64,000 nucleotides of DNA from sequence record PZ091942.1; one strand, given 5' to 3'. Position numbers and translations under genes: made by a program. The stretch comes from a phage. This document shows positions 1 through 10,571 of the stretch, one piece after another (the first letter of the stretch is position 1; each line of letters begins with the position of its first letter). Below the pieces are notes generated by a model. That model searched no databases and was not told the DNA's origin. It worked only from the letters and a program-made list of their open reading frames with translations.

Positions 1-892
1 ATGCTTTGTGCAGAGCAAGGAAGATTGACGGACGGTTCTCTTTCAAGACTTCTTCTTCAGTAGCACCGAGATCGATTGCATATTGCATCAGATTCTGATA
101 AACGCTGTCATCCCAATTAGGAATCTCACGTTTCAATACATTAACACACTCAGTACATTTGGCTTGGAAGGCTTGTTGTTCCTTTGCTTGTGCATCTTGC
201 TTGATTTTGACCTGAGCCTGTTCAAGCTGTTGACGACGAGCAGTGTATTTCTCTAAAAAGCGTTTGTTTTCAACATAGGCTTGTGGATCTTCAACTGCTA
301 GCTTGTCCCAATCAAAACCGTTGTAATCTTCAATTACTCGGTCTGCTTCTAAGGACGCTAATTCTAATACATCCGCTAAACCACCTACACGCTCTTCAAA
401 AGCTTCAACATGACGCTGAAGAACAGATTCCCGTTCAGTCATATCAGAGCCAGTAACATAGCCATTTGATAACTCTTCAATAGTCATCTCACGACCATCA
501 GGAAGGGTGATAACAGTTTCATAATCTACATCGAAAGCATCGCCATCTTCGTAGTCACTGTCAGCATCATCATCGTGATCTGCATCACTTGGTTCATCTT
601 CCACGTCCACTTCATCAGCGTCGCTGTCAGAATCACCTTCATCTTCTTCACCTTCCTCTTCCGAATCATCCCATCCGTCTTCATCTTCGAACGCTAGGCT
701 ATCGCCTTTGCCCAGAATGTCAGAATCAATGTCGAACTGGTCACCGGCATCTTCCGGGAATTCATCGTCAATGTCCACTTCTGGTTCTTGTTCAGATTCT
801 AATCGACTAAGGTCTTCTTTGAAGGAACCTTTTAAGTCATCTAACTGAAGGAATGATTTGAAATCGTTTGGGTCAATAAATTCATTTGCCAT
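1..892 (-). CDS. acidic scaffolding-like protein (3' end beyond window edge)
   Basis: ATG at 892-890 preceded by AGGAGA SD; minus frame stays open to position 1 (not in ORF track because it runs off the edge); D/E-rich then helical; lies downstream of portal. Confidence 0.5.
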   Translation of the reverse strand, partial: MANEFIDPNDFKSFLQLDDLKGSFKEDLSRLESEQEPEVDIDDEFPEDAGDQFDIDSDILGKGDSLAFEDEDGWDDSEEEGEEDEGDSDSDADEVDVEDEPSDADHDDDADSDYEDGDAFDVDYETVITLPDGREMTIEELSNGYVTGSDMTERESVLQRHVEAFEERVGGLADVLELASLEADRVIEDYNGFDWDKLAVEDPQAYVENKRFLEKYTARRQQLEQAQVKIKQDAQAKEQQAFQAKCTECVNVLKREIPNWDDSVYQNLMQYAIDLGATEEEVLKENRPSIFLALHKA

Positions 893-897
893 TAGGA

Positions 898-1128
898 TTA
901 TTCTCCTGCACTATTGATAGCAGCTTTTATGACCTCTTTTAAGCTACCAACCATTTTATACTTTTGATAACACTCTTCGCGTTTCTTGGACTCATGAACA
1001 TCGGTAAGTACGATATCTCTCATAAGTGTTTCTTTTAATGCCTCTAATGCTGCGTCAAGAATGCCGTTATGATTGAGAGCCGCCAAAGCGGCGGCATGCT
1101 CTTCGTTAAATTTATGTCTAGTATTCAT
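898..1128 (-). CDS. hypothetical protein (76 aa)
   Basis: ORF track; AAGGA SD; tightly packed between portal stop (1138) and scaffold-like start (892). Confidence 0.5.
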   Translation of the reverse strand: MNTRHKFNEEHAAALAALNHNGILDAALEALKETLMRDIVLTDVHESKKREECYQKYKMVGSLKEVIKAAINSAGE

Positions 1129-1137
1129 TCCGTGTCC

Positions 1138-3381
1138 TTATTTTCTACTACCAAGCTTTCTATTAGGAATACGTGAATCTTTGAGAGAACTTTGTTGTTC
1201 TTTCTTAGTTTCATTTGCTTCTTTCTTTTGGAGTTCCAAAGTCTTATCTTGAATGTGAGCTTGCTGGTCAATCTTCTCCAAATCAACTTGATGATTCATA
1301 GTCAACTGTAGTTCTTTCAATACTGATTCATACTGACGAACCTGTTGCTGGAGCAGAGATAACTTATGCTTAGCTTGTTCAAGAGTAGCTGAATTGTCTT
1401 CCTTACGATTCTCAAGAGTCATATGATCTGCTGCGTTCTCTTGCTTGAATTGCAGTTCTTCTTGACGTAAACTAAAGTCATCCGCAGCTTTCTGCTGTTC
1501 GAATGTAGTACGTTCACGCTGGTCGAATGCATCAGCAATCATCTTCTGAGAAGAAGCCTGTACGTTCTCAACCTGAGCTTTAGTCATCTCGAGCTGGAGG
1601 ATTTCCATCGGAGAAGGCTGAGGCGGTTGATACTGTTCCAGAGGCATAAGATATTTATGAGTATCTTTAATTCCCATCAGTTCAAAGATTTGAGCAGTCA
1701 TGTAACGATCTTGTTCCAGAGTAAAGAGAGGTGCAAGCTGAGCATCAGCAGCAATCAGTTGCTTCAGACTAATCAGTTTCTGTGCACGTTCTGCTTTCTC
1801 ATTAGGAGAGATAGCTACAACAACTTGTAGATTGTGACGAGCTGGTAATTGTTTAGGGTTCACTTCTACCATACCACGAGGGGTTTGTACCTGTAAAGGA
1901 ACTTCACCATTTTCTCTGATAAGGTTATAAATACCACGCATTAACTCAACCATACCATTATGTGCAATGTTACGACACACCATACGGAGACGGTTCTGTG
2001 CAGCATTCATCATTAAGCCAACAGTTGCATACGCATTATCGTTCTTAAATACATCAGGGTTAATACCCATACCTAGTTTAGTAACACCTGTACGAGTTTC
2101 TTTCAATTCATCAGACATACCCAACAGACCATCAATACCCTGAGGTAGATTGTGGTATGGGAAGAGATCAATCGCATCCTGACGCTCCATTTCTACTACA
2201 CCGCCCGGACGGTTGTCTAGCAAAGAACGACGGTCGTACGTGCCTGCTATCGCCTTATAGCGACCATAGTTGGCATTGTTAACGTTATCAATATAACCGC
2301 GTACTAAAGCTGTACGGAGGTCTTGAATATCCTTAGTAATGTCATACACGGATTGACCATAGAAGGAACCCGGAATCGGATAAGGACAGAAAGTAACAAA
2401 AGGAATACTGGTAACTTCTTCACAGGAAAGAATGTGCTCGCCTGCTTGGATTACTTGGTACAATTTAGATTCTTTATTCTTATCTAGTACACCAGTACGG
2501 ATATAGTGTTCATAGACCCACACCATAGAAGATACATCTTCAGTATCTACACCAATATCTGCATCAATGTCCTGTCTCCAGTCAGTACGTGACCAAGCAA
2601 CAGTTGATTGAGTGGTATCCATTGTGTCAGTCCAATCGTTGAATGCTTCGATTTCGTCTTTAGGAAAACCAAGAGCAAGTAATTCATCTTTAGACTTACG
2701 TGTGCGATGGCAGAAATACTGAGCATCTGCAAAAGAGGTTGCATGTTCATCAACAAAGATTTGCTCTGAAGGAACATATTCAACTTTAACACGTTTAACA
2801 GTTTGTTTGTACGTGACCTTGACGTCAACCGTACCATCTTCATTTTCAGTGGTAAAGATTTCTAAATCCTGTAAACCGCCTGCTTCCATACCTTGAACAT
2901 ATGCAGCAAGAGCTTCCGGTGGAACGCCCTCTGCCTCTTCAGTTTGAGTTGAGGTTTGTTCATCCCAATAGTATTTGATAAAAGAGTTACGTGTAACCAG
3001 ACATTCCTGAGCCGCTGAGGAAATGATGTTATATCCCGGATTATCACGAAGCATGATTTGGTTGACAAGCTTAGTTGCTACATCAGCTGCATCAGAATCT
3101 GCTTGGTTGTCCGCAACAAACGTCACCGCTTCATCGCCTGAACAGAACACGTTAATGATATCTTGCAATGTACCGTTTACTGATTCCCATACTGTACGGT
3201 CTACCCAACTAGAGCTACCATCTGTAACTGGAGCAGGTAAGTTACCATAGAAGTATTCCCAAGCTTCACGAGCATAGCCTTTTACAGCAATGTCTACATA
3301 ACCTTGAGCATAATAGAATCGACGTTGAAGGTCAACGCGCAGTTCATCCAAAATATCTTCACTAAATTTATTCTTAGCCAT
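1138..3381 (-). CDS. portal protein (putative)
   Basis: 747 aa ORF directly downstream of large terminase; GAGGGAG SD; C-terminal charged coiled-coil region as in P22-type portals; assignment by position and size. Confidence 0.6.
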   Translation of the reverse strand: MAKNKFSEDILDELRVDLQRRFYYAQGYVDIAVKGYAREAWEYFYGNLPAPVTDGSSSWVDRTVWESVNGTLQDIINVFCSGDEAVTFVADNQADSDAADVATKLVNQIMLRDNPGYNIISSAAQECLVTRNSFIKYYWDEQTSTQTEEAEGVPPEALAAYVQGMEAGGLQDLEIFTTENEDGTVDVKVTYKQTVKRVKVEYVPSEQIFVDEHATSFADAQYFCHRTRKSKDELLALGFPKDEIEAFNDWTDTMDTTQSTVAWSRTDWRQDIDADIGVDTEDVSSMVWVYEHYIRTGVLDKNKESKLYQVIQAGEHILSCEEVTSIPFVTFCPYPIPGSFYGQSVYDITKDIQDLRTALVRGYIDNVNNANYGRYKAIAGTYDRRSLLDNRPGGVVEMERQDAIDLFPYHNLPQGIDGLLGMSDELKETRTGVTKLGMGINPDVFKNDNAYATVGLMMNAAQNRLRMVCRNIAHNGMVELMRGIYNLIRENGEVPLQVQTPRGMVEVNPKQLPARHNLQVVVAISPNEKAERAQKLISLKQLIAADAQLAPLFTLEQDRYMTAQIFELMGIKDTHKYLMPLEQYQPPQPSPMEILQLEMTKAQVENVQASSQKMIADAFDQRERTTFEQQKAADDFSLRQEELQFKQENAADHMTLENRKEDNSATLEQAKHKLSLLQQQVRQYESVLKELQLTMNHQVDLEKIDQQAHIQDKTLELQKKEANETKKEQQSSLKDSRIPNRKLGSRK

Positions 3382-3478
3382 CTAATCTCTCCCTCGGTGA
3401 TAGCTTGGAAGGAGTTACTAAAGGGAGGACTATGCCTCCCCTACATATCCGGTTAACTTAGACTCCGGCATCCATGTT

Positions 3479-5020
3479 TTAGTAACTCGAATTCCATCTG
3501 TTAATATTTTCTTGATAAAGCGACGAGCTACCATAGCTAGCGTCATGCTTAGACCGACCTCTGTGTGTAACAGAACACGCTGAATATCGCATTGCATCCA
3601 TAAGGTCATCATGTTCTTTAATAATCTTACCAACTTTTCGATGGTAACGTGCTTTCTCTTCAAAGAGCTTAGCACATGAGGTAGTATTAAAGATTTTGAA
3701 TCGACCTGACATCATACGTTCACGAATATCAGTAATTCCTGGCTCCACAAAGAAGTTCTTCTTACCATCCATTCCGATCTTGTTATGGAAGGTCTCACTT
3801 TGTACGTTAACACCTGCATTTTTATAGAATTGAGCTACAGAAGCACCACTACCCTTCTCGGTATTGTCCGCATCATGAGGTAGTATCACTGGAATCCACT
3901 GTCCACGTCCGTTAATTGCAGGAGCATGATACACTGGAGTGAAGCCGCTTTCTTTATAGCAGTCATAAACGTAGATTGTATCGGTGTTCGCATCGTATGC
4001 TGACCATACAGCTGCCGTCGGGTGATCAATACCAATATCAATGGCACATACGCGTTTCCATGTCTCAGGAATTTCAAACGGGTCACACTTAATTGAATCA
4101 TCAGATACATCGTAAATCAAACCTGAACCCAACAGAGGCATACCTTTAGAGCGCATTTCTAATTGCCACGCTGGAATACCTTCAGTCATATCTTTAATAT
4201 CTTGTTCAGAGATGTGTCCACCTATATCGACATGTGCATCCCACCAAGAAGCGTTCTGGAAATACAGAGAACCTGTGTTCTCGTCCCCTTCACCTTTCAT
4301 AAACTTGTCCACCAGCTCTGTTAAACCGTTCTCTGGTGTTGCTGTAATAGTAACTAAACCTTTAGTAGTAAGTGTACGTGTAACGCACTGAGAGAAAATT
4401 GCCATACTTTCGTAAGGATCTTCTTCGTCCAGCCAAATATAGTCCACTGTAGCACCCATTAATGTGTGTTCACCCTGTTGGGTAGAACGGAATTCTAACG
4501 TACTCAGCCCATCGAATTCACCTCTAGCGTTTTGGTGCTTGATTTGTACGATTTGTAATTTATTACCATCTCGTTCAATTGTGTCTATGACAATTGCATC
4601 ACGAGGAATAACTCCTGTTCCTATTAGGTTGGTGTCCTTTCCGATTGGTGTACCAAACAACTCCTTTTGCAATACCTTTCTTGTAGAGTCCCCTGTAATC
4701 CCTACTGCCCAAGCCAATATGGGTCGATTAAATCTATATCCTGTCCACCAAGTTGGATAGCGACCTGTGACATGACAAGCAAACTCGTATGCCTCGCTGT
4801 AAGATTTACCAACACGGTTCGCTGCACACAAAAATCTAAAGCGATGCTTCAATCCTGCTGCATAAAACTCTTTCTGAAACTGGTATGCTTTGAAAGCTAG
4901 AATCCTATTATACTTTCTCCATTGATCTCTATCCTTCAGCATTTCAAGCAGAGCCTTTTTCTCCTCTGTCGTAAGCTTGTCTCCAGTTAGTGCTTCATAT
5001 ATTTCTTTATCTAATGACAT
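3479..5020 (-). CDS. terL: terminase large subunit
   Basis: Track ORF 3479..5149 trimmed to internal ATG at 5020 with GGAGGA SD; Walker-A-like AANRVGKS; C-terminal nuclease-like acidic motifs. Confidence 0.85.
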   Translation of the reverse strand: MSLDKEIYEALTGDKLTTEEKKALLEMLKDRDQWRKYNRILAFKAYQFQKEFYAAGLKHRFRFLCAANRVGKSYSEAYEFACHVTGRYPTWWTGYRFNRPILAWAVGITGDSTRKVLQKELFGTPIGKDTNLIGTGVIPRDAIVIDTIERDGNKLQIVQIKHQNARGEFDGLSTLEFRSTQQGEHTLMGATVDYIWLDEEDPYESMAIFSQCVTRTLTTKGLVTITATPENGLTELVDKFMKGEGDENTGSLYFQNASWWDAHVDIGGHISEQDIKDMTEGIPAWQLEMRSKGMPLLGSGLIYDVSDDSIKCDPFEIPETWKRVCAIDIGIDHPTAAVWSAYDANTDTIYVYDCYKESGFTPVYHAPAINGRGQWIPVILPHDADNTEKGSGASVAQFYKNAGVNVQSETFHNKIGMDGKKNFFVEPGITDIRERMMSGRFKIFNTTSCAKLFEEKARYHRKVGKIIKEHDDLMDAMRYSACSVTHRGRSKHDASYGSSSLYQENINRWNSSY

Positions 5021-5087
5021 GTTTCCTCCAATTGAAAATAAAAAAGGGAGAGATCCCTCGCGAAAAGAACCCTCCCCTTTAATCCTA

Positions 5088-5555
5088 TTAACTCTCGTCC
5101 GCTTCCTCCTCCTTTTCAGCGTCCTCAGAGTCCTCTGGAGGTAGCACATCTGTACCTAATGCTCCAGCCAAGAAGTCCTTGATTTGTGCGTTCAACGAAT
5201 CCTCGTTAATTACATTCTCGTCCTCAATCTTAATCTCAACAGAAGCTGCCTTCGGATATACCAGATCTGCAACTTTACTTGCAGCCTTGAATCTAAGATC
5301 AGGTGGAATATTTGGGTCTTCATAAATTTGAATCAGCACTTCATCAGGGGACAGATGACTTGCAGCAACTCGGTCCAACATGAGCTGTGTCAACTTACCT
5401 CTACTACCTTTGGGTCGTCCGAACTTATTTCCCTTTTGGAACTTCCCTGTGCTTGGCTCCATACCACGGCTTTCCAATTCATCAGTTACACCGGGTAATC
5501 TTCCTGTAACCTCAGCTACCTGTGCAGGTGTGAGTTCTCCTTTTTCTCCAAACAT
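5088..5555 (-). CDS. terminase small subunit (putative)
   Basis: 155 aa ORF immediately upstream of terL; GAAGGAG SD; acidic C-terminus. Confidence 0.5.
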   Translation of the reverse strand: MFGEKGELTPAQVAEVTGRLPGVTDELESRGMEPSTGKFQKGNKFGRPKGSRGKLTQLMLDRVAASHLSPDEVLIQIYEDPNIPPDLRFKAASKVADLVYPKAASVEIKIEDENVINEDSLNAQIKDFLAGALGTDVLPPEDSEDAEKEEEADES

Positions 5556-5620
5556 TGTATACTCCTTCTACATTATCGTTATAACAAAAAGCCTCCCACT
5601 GAAGGAGGCAACACCTTTTA

Positions 5621-6280
5621 TTAGTCTACATCACCTACGTGTAGGTTGAACAAAGTCTGGAGAGCTACCGTTTCACCTTTCCAAGTAACTGGAACGGACT
5701 TGTCATTCTCTACATCAAAAGAAGAGGACGCCAAAAATTTTTTGTATTCTTCAAGCTCGGGGTCCAGAGCTTGTTCACTAACATGCACCCACGTAACTAC
5801 TTCATTACCTTCTTCATCAATTACTACATTACGAGACCATTGCTCTTTTGAATTTAAATAATTATTCAGAGCTTCATACTCGGCTTCTTCAATCATCTCA
5901 ATCATCTCACGGGCATAGTCCGGTAGGTGTGCATGTTTGTCAGCTACATACGGAACAACTTCTAAATTGGAGGGACACTTGCGTTTAACTTCCTTTGCTA
6001 CAGTGAAATAGTCTTTCACATCTTTAGCTTCTGTACGAGGAATCAAACCTTCCCATAATTCACGGGTTGAAGGAGCATAACCATACACAGAACCATGAGC
6101 CAGTTGTTTTACCATCTCAACTTGGGATTTACCTCCAGTAGTTTCATGAACACGGTTCAGATAGAAAGTGTCCTCTGATAAAGGACGGATCGAACCATTG
6201 TAAACAACCTCGCCTTTACATCCCATGTTCTCATAGATTGCATTCAGTGTATTAGTTCCTGTCATATTGTTATTCATCAT
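5621..6280 (-). CDS. hypothetical protein (219 aa)
   Basis: Track ORF 5621..6349 begins with TTG; trimmed to ATG at 6280 with GAAGGAGAGA SD. Confidence 0.5.
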   Translation of the reverse strand: MMNNNMTGTNTLNAIYENMGCKGEVVYNGSIRPLSEDTFYLNRVHETTGGKSQVEMVKQLAHGSVYGYAPSTRELWEGLIPRTEAKDVKDYFTVAKEVKRKCPSNLEVVPYVADKHAHLPDYAREMIEMIEEAEYEALNNYLNSKEQWSRNVVIDEEGNEVVTWVHVSEQALDPELEEYKKFLASSSFDVENDKSVPVTWKGETVALQTLFNLHVGDVD

Positions 6281-6530
6281 TCTCTCCTTCAGTGTCAGTG
6301 TTATCACTATAACGATAATCTTTAAATGTCTCAGCCTTGTAGGACACAAAGCATCTCATGTACAACCAGCCCAATGAACTAAGGTCCATCGTAGCATCAA
6401 AATCTTCGTCGTCGTCTAAGTCTACCAATCTACCCAAACAACTCAATACTTCTCCTCCTTCTTCAAATACAAATGCACATTTTTCAGTGCGGAAGTAAGG
6501 AATCAACTCTGATAAAAAGTCTAGAATCAT
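6270..6530 (-). CDS. hypothetical protein (86 aa)
   Basis: Track ORF 6270..6563 (TTG start) trimmed to ATG at 6530 with GAGGAGAT SD. Confidence 0.45.
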   Translation of the reverse strand: MILDFLSELIPYFRTEKCAFVFEEGGEVLSCLGRLVDLDDDEDFDATMDLSSLGWLYMRCFVSYKAETFKDYRYSDNTDTEGENDE

Positions 6531-6823
6531 TTTATATCTCCTCTGATATAAGAGAGCAATCAACCCATAAAGGCGTACTCATCTAAAGGCCCACCCATGT
6601 ATGAACCCATGTACGCTGATGTAAAGGGGACTTCATAAAGGCCATGTCACATTAAGGCATACCCATTAAGGCTTATCCACCCATGTACTGAATCTCAACT
6701 TACCACATTCCTTGCACTTCCATGTTGATAGGTAGAGACCATGTATTCTTTCATCCCCGTAAGCTTTACGAAGAAGATAGTAATTGTGCTTACACTTCAT
6801 CCGTCTAAATACTTTAATTAGAT

Positions 6824-6970
6824 TCATTCCATCTCCCGTAAAGCTTTAGTTAGCATCATTACCAACGTAGCTGCATCTGAGCGTTCTGTGTAATGGAGGA
6901 AAGGATTGGTAGCCTTCTTTAAGGCCTTCTCAAGTTCAATGTTAATGAGTTCTTTAGTGCTGAGATTCAT
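6824..6970 (-). CDS. hypothetical small protein (48 aa)
   Basis: Internal ATG of track ORF 6824..7147 with AAGG SD; first ORF of the minus-strand late block. Confidence 0.3.
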   Translation of the reverse strand: MNLSTKELINIELEKALKKATNPFLHYTERSDAATLVMMLTKALREME

Positions 6971-7714
6971 ACTTAACCTTATATATAAGAGTTTAAAATA
7001 CAGATTTATAAAAAATAAAGATGTATATATCTGTTTAAAATTCTGATTTGACCGAGTGGACCTAGCCCCTCCGCGAGTGTTTCCTAAAAAGGGGGAGTCC
7101 TCATTTAAAAAAGGGTTATTGGCAATGCCTTTACATCCTTTCCCCACGTTCCAGCGTTTCCCCGTACCTACTCCCCGTTATTCTTTCCCCGTGTATACTA
7201 CCCAATACATTACCTACCCGTTTATTTAGTACCCCTTTAAAGAGTAGGAGAAAGGCTAGTCGCTGATAAGGCCAACTGATTAGTCTGCTAATAATGCCAT
7301 TAATGATGGTCACCACTCCCCATAGTTTGATTGTAAATAGTTTCAATAGTGATTGTTATGAGTGCAATAATGATGTATATATTAATCAAGTGGATGATTG
7401 TGTTTCTTTTAATTATTTCCTTTTTCAGCGTTCTTTTATTCTTTTTCTTTTAACGTTTGATGTTTGAGTAATGCTATTAATAGTTAACTAATTATTTAAG
7501 TGGTATATTATTACCGCACTATCTTGCTATGTTTCCCCGTGGTCTGTCCTGCGGTTGGGTGTTCCCCGTTCGTCCTGGTCTGTTGGTCTGCTACCCGTAG
7601 GATTAGTGTTATAAAGTAACAATAGTCAGTAAGATAATCCCCTGAATGTAGAAAGTTTAGTAAATTAAATTTCTTTAGTTTTCAGTAAGATGCGAGAAAG
7701 TTAGAAAATAGTTG

Positions 7715-7742
7715 GTTGACGGTCTTTTCCTTTATTATATAG
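7715..7742 (+). promoter_or_regulatory. sigma70-type early promoter (TTGACG-16-TATAGT)
   Basis: -35 TTGACG 7715-7720, -10 TATAGT 7737-7742, AT-rich upstream; about 45 nt before first plus-strand gene. Confidence 0.5.
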
Positions 7743-7787
7743 TGGCGATTGTAGTTTGTAGTTTTCATCAACCAGAAGGAATATCAA

Positions 7788-8660
7788 ATGTCTAAAGTAG
7801 CAATTAACCAATTGAACAAAGCAAACGAAAGTCTTTCCTCTTTAGGCTTAACCGTTGGTAGTCCTGATGCGTGGATGGAAAACGAAAGCGCACGTAAAGG
7901 ATTCAAAAACTCAATCATGTTGGCTTGCTTGATCATCAATTCTACTGCGAACGCTTTACAGTGTGAAGATGAAAGCACGTTCAAAGAAAACGGTTTTACC
8001 GATATGCAGGACGCTATTAATTGTTACATTCAGGCAAATTTAGACAGTTGGAATCAGAAAGATTGGCCGGAATCATGCCGCGATGTGAAAGCTGAATTAT
8101 CCCGCTTGTCTGTCATGGTTGAAGCATGGAACAAGAAAAATAAGAAACAGCCAATCAAGCCCACTGTTGCAAGTAAGATTATGAAGTCTATTAATCTGGC
8201 AAGTTATGCACTGGTTGCAGCAATCGGTGTTAGTGCACTGGTAACTTCTCTTTCTGATAAGGCTGTGGCTAGTCCTACTCCTGCAACTGATGCGGCTAGT
8301 GTCTTCGTTAGTTCCATCAATAAAGGTTGGATGATTTGCAACGGTGCAGATAGTGACACTAATCAAGTAGTTTTAAAGGTTAAATTTAGTAACGTTTCCC
8401 GTAGTGGTCTGGTTGTTAGTACCAAAACATTGGACAATCAGGGCAATGAAGATTTAGTCTTAAAGCGTAGTGATAATGATCCCGAACTAGTCACATTTGG
8501 TACTGTACAACATTACAGCCATGCGAAAGCTGTCACGAATCTGGTGAGTTATGGTCCGGTTAATGAGTCGATGATCGCTACCACTGTTTATAATAATGCT
8601 GATAACGCTGTTTATACCGTTCACGTTAATTTAGCCAACTGTATTAAGGCTAGTAAATAA
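7788..8660 (+). CDS. hypothetical early protein (290 aa)
   Basis: ORF track; GAAGGAA SD; first gene of plus-strand block. Confidence 0.7.
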   Translation: MSKVAINQLNKANESLSSLGLTVGSPDAWMENESARKGFKNSIMLACLIINSTANALQCEDESTFKENGFTDMQDAINCYIQANLDSWNQKDWPESCRDVKAELSRLSVMVEAWNKKNKKQPIKPTVASKIMKSINLASYALVAAIGVSALVTSLSDKAVASPTPATDAASVFVSSINKGWMICNGADSDTNQVVLKVKFSNVSRSGLVVSTKTLDNQGNEDLVLKRSDNDPELVTFGTVQHYSHAKAVTNLVSYGPVNESMIATTVYNNADNAVYTVHVNLANCIKASK

Positions 8661-8687
8661 ATAACCTATTTTTCAGGAGTGTAAAAC

Positions 8688-8939
8688 ATGGCTATCAAAG
8701 AAGTTAAATTATCTAGCGGCTTTTCTTGTTTTGTGTGTGATACTTTTATCGCGTTCGGCTTGCGAACTGGTGACGTAATACTGCCTACCGTTGCATTTTG
8801 TTCAATGAGTTTTAACGAGGCCAAAAAATGGCTTCAATTGGTGCGCATTGATATTAATCGCGATGACTTCCGATCGATCTATGTTGACGGTGATTTGTCG
8901 CTTGCTGGTCTTCTTGATTGTGATTTGCCAAAATGGTGA
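8688..8939 (+). CDS. hypothetical protein (83 aa)
   Basis: ORF track; CAGGAG SD. Confidence 0.6.
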   Translation: MAIKEVKLSSGFSCFVCDTFIAFGLRTGDVILPTVAFCSMSFNEAKKWLQLVRIDINRDDFRSIYVDGDLSLAGLLDCDLPKW

Positions 8940-9052
8940 CAAAAAAATGATTCATGATTATTTTTTTGCGTTGCTTGTTCGTTGTTACAGTGTCGTTATT
9001 CGTCGCTGATATGCTTTATTCTTATATCCTTTAATTAAGAAGGTTTATTGCT

Positions 9053-9418
9053 ATGTGGTTTATTAAATTCGTCATTAAAACGGTTGTAGGCTTTTTTCTG
9101 GTCATTCTTCTGTTGGGTGTATTACTATCGGCTATGGGTAGTGTAAAGGCTGCAACGTTTTCCCCTGCTACGGTGGAAGGTTTACAGTGTACCTATTTGA
9201 TAGAAAACTATTCGACTGGTAAAAAGTCACCTAAGGTTATTATTTTACATGTAAACGATTTCGATCATGTACAATCATACGATAAGACTATTCAACTGGT
9301 AAATGAATCCACTGGTAAACAAATCACGGTCGATCACTTGATGCGCTCATCGTTAACACTCTTTGATGAGTTTATGAATGAAATGGCATCCGGTAACGGT
9401 CAATGTGTAAATCCATAG
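9053..9418 (+). CDS. hypothetical membrane/secreted protein
   Basis: ORF track; AAGAAGG SD; hydrophobic N-terminal helix. Confidence 0.6.
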   Translation: MWFIKFVIKTVVGFFLVILLLGVLLSAMGSVKAATFSPATVEGLQCTYLIENYSTGKKSPKVIILHVNDFDHVQSYDKTIQLVNESTGKQITVDHLMRSSLTLFDEFMNEMASGNGQCVNP

Positions 9419-9494
9419 GCTTAATCTTTCTCCTTTATTGTGCCGTGGTCATGCCTATGGTCATAATCTATCTGATGCTTTAAAACCTCCCTAT

Positions 9495-9517
9495 AAGCCT
9501 CTTAATGAGGCTTTTTT
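9495..9517 (+). terminator. rho-independent terminator
   Basis: Stem AAGCCTC/GAGGCTT, loop TTAAT, followed by TTTTTT. Confidence 0.6.
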
Positions 9518-9679
9518 CATTTCTAAGGTGATTGCATACCTTACTACCTTTTAGCTCGCTATAGTGCGTTTTAGGCCGCTAAATATTGCTTTACAAGCCG
9601 TTTCCTATGATGTATCACGTTCGCCCGCTCTTTTACCTCCCTCATAGTGAAAAAGTTTAAAATATTTTGCTTTCCCCTA

Positions 9680-9707
9680 TTGCAACCTCAACTGATTGGC
9701 GTATACT
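9680..9707 (+). promoter_or_regulatory. candidate sigma70 promoter (TTGCAA-16-TATACT)
   Basis: Hexamers read directly; no ORF downstream. Confidence 0.35.
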
Positions 9708-9805
9708 CATTTCTATCGGGTACGATGTAAAACATACAAGGCAAGGAAACTTGCCCCGCTCTTTAAAAATCAGGCTAGAAAGTGAAAATATTCTTAAAAA
9801 GAGTA

Positions 9806-9833
9806 TTGACAGCCGGAAAGCCTGAACTATAAT
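9806..9833 (+). promoter_or_regulatory. near-consensus sigma70 promoter (TTGACA-16-TATAAT) with AT-rich UP-like region
   Basis: -35 9806-9811, -10 9828-9833; downstream ATG opens only a 7-codon frame. Confidence 0.6.
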
Positions 9834-10542
9834 GAGTGTAGAAAGACAAGATGACCGCTCAAGTAACTCCCTAGTGAGTGAAGCAAGTCAGACGTAGGCA
9901 GGCGGATACCATGCCCCCAAATAATCGTGGGTTAACTGATTATCAAGCGGTGTTATGTGAGCCGCACGCTCTTTAAAAACATGATTTGTCTTAAAGGTGG
10001 CGGTGACGTCATTACTATAAGGCGCTCAGTTAATCGGTAGAATTGATTCCTGATTCATACGTGACGCAGGCGGACAATAAGCAATATCAATAAGCCTTAT
10101 TTGTTCGATACTTTCAAAAGATTAATGCTTGAAAGCGTACTAGATTCCTAAAAGACAAATCAGACTTATCATCTTGCCCTTTCGCATAGATTCACGCGAG
10201 ATAAGGGAAAAGAATAAAAGAAGATGATAAAAAAGAGGTTGCAAACGTGGTTAAGATAGTTCATACTAACCACAAGTTAACAAAACAACGTTAACTAGTT
10301 CCCAAATCAACGTATCGCGGGAAAGGTGGCACATAGTGCAGCGAGTAGTTCGGGAGTAGGCGCCCCGTTAATGAATAAGTAAGCCTTTAATGATGCAGTG
10401 ATTAGCAGACACTATAAAAGGCTAAAACGCTCTTTAACAATATGAATCATGATTTTAGCCTCATCGCTTGATCTTCAATCAAATAAAGCTGATTGATATA
10501 TCCTCCCAATAGCGGGAACGACGAAAAAGATTAAAAAAGCGA

Positions 10543-10571
10543 TTGACAGCTAAAACATCATGGTCCATAAT
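10543..10571 (+). promoter_or_regulatory. near-consensus sigma70 promoter (TTGACA-17-CATAAT) with AT-rich upstream
   Basis: -35 10543-10548, -10 10566-10571; no start codon with SD in the next ~120 nt. Confidence 0.6.

Noticed and set aside
589-810. 73-aa plus-strand ORF rich in His/Leu/Arg
   Set aside because: Lies antisense inside the acidic scaffold-like gene, has no SD and low-complexity composition; it is a shadow ORF.
1627-3250. Several 67-98 aa ORFs on both strands inside the portal gene (1627..1830, 2547..2843, 2862..3068, 3023..3250)
   Set aside because: All fall within the 747-aa portal ORF in other frames, with no SD sites.
3886-4900. Short ORFs inside terL (3886..4110, 4464..4760, 4667..4900) and the 3430..3675 ORF
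   Set aside because: Alternative-frame or antisense shadows of the terminase gene.
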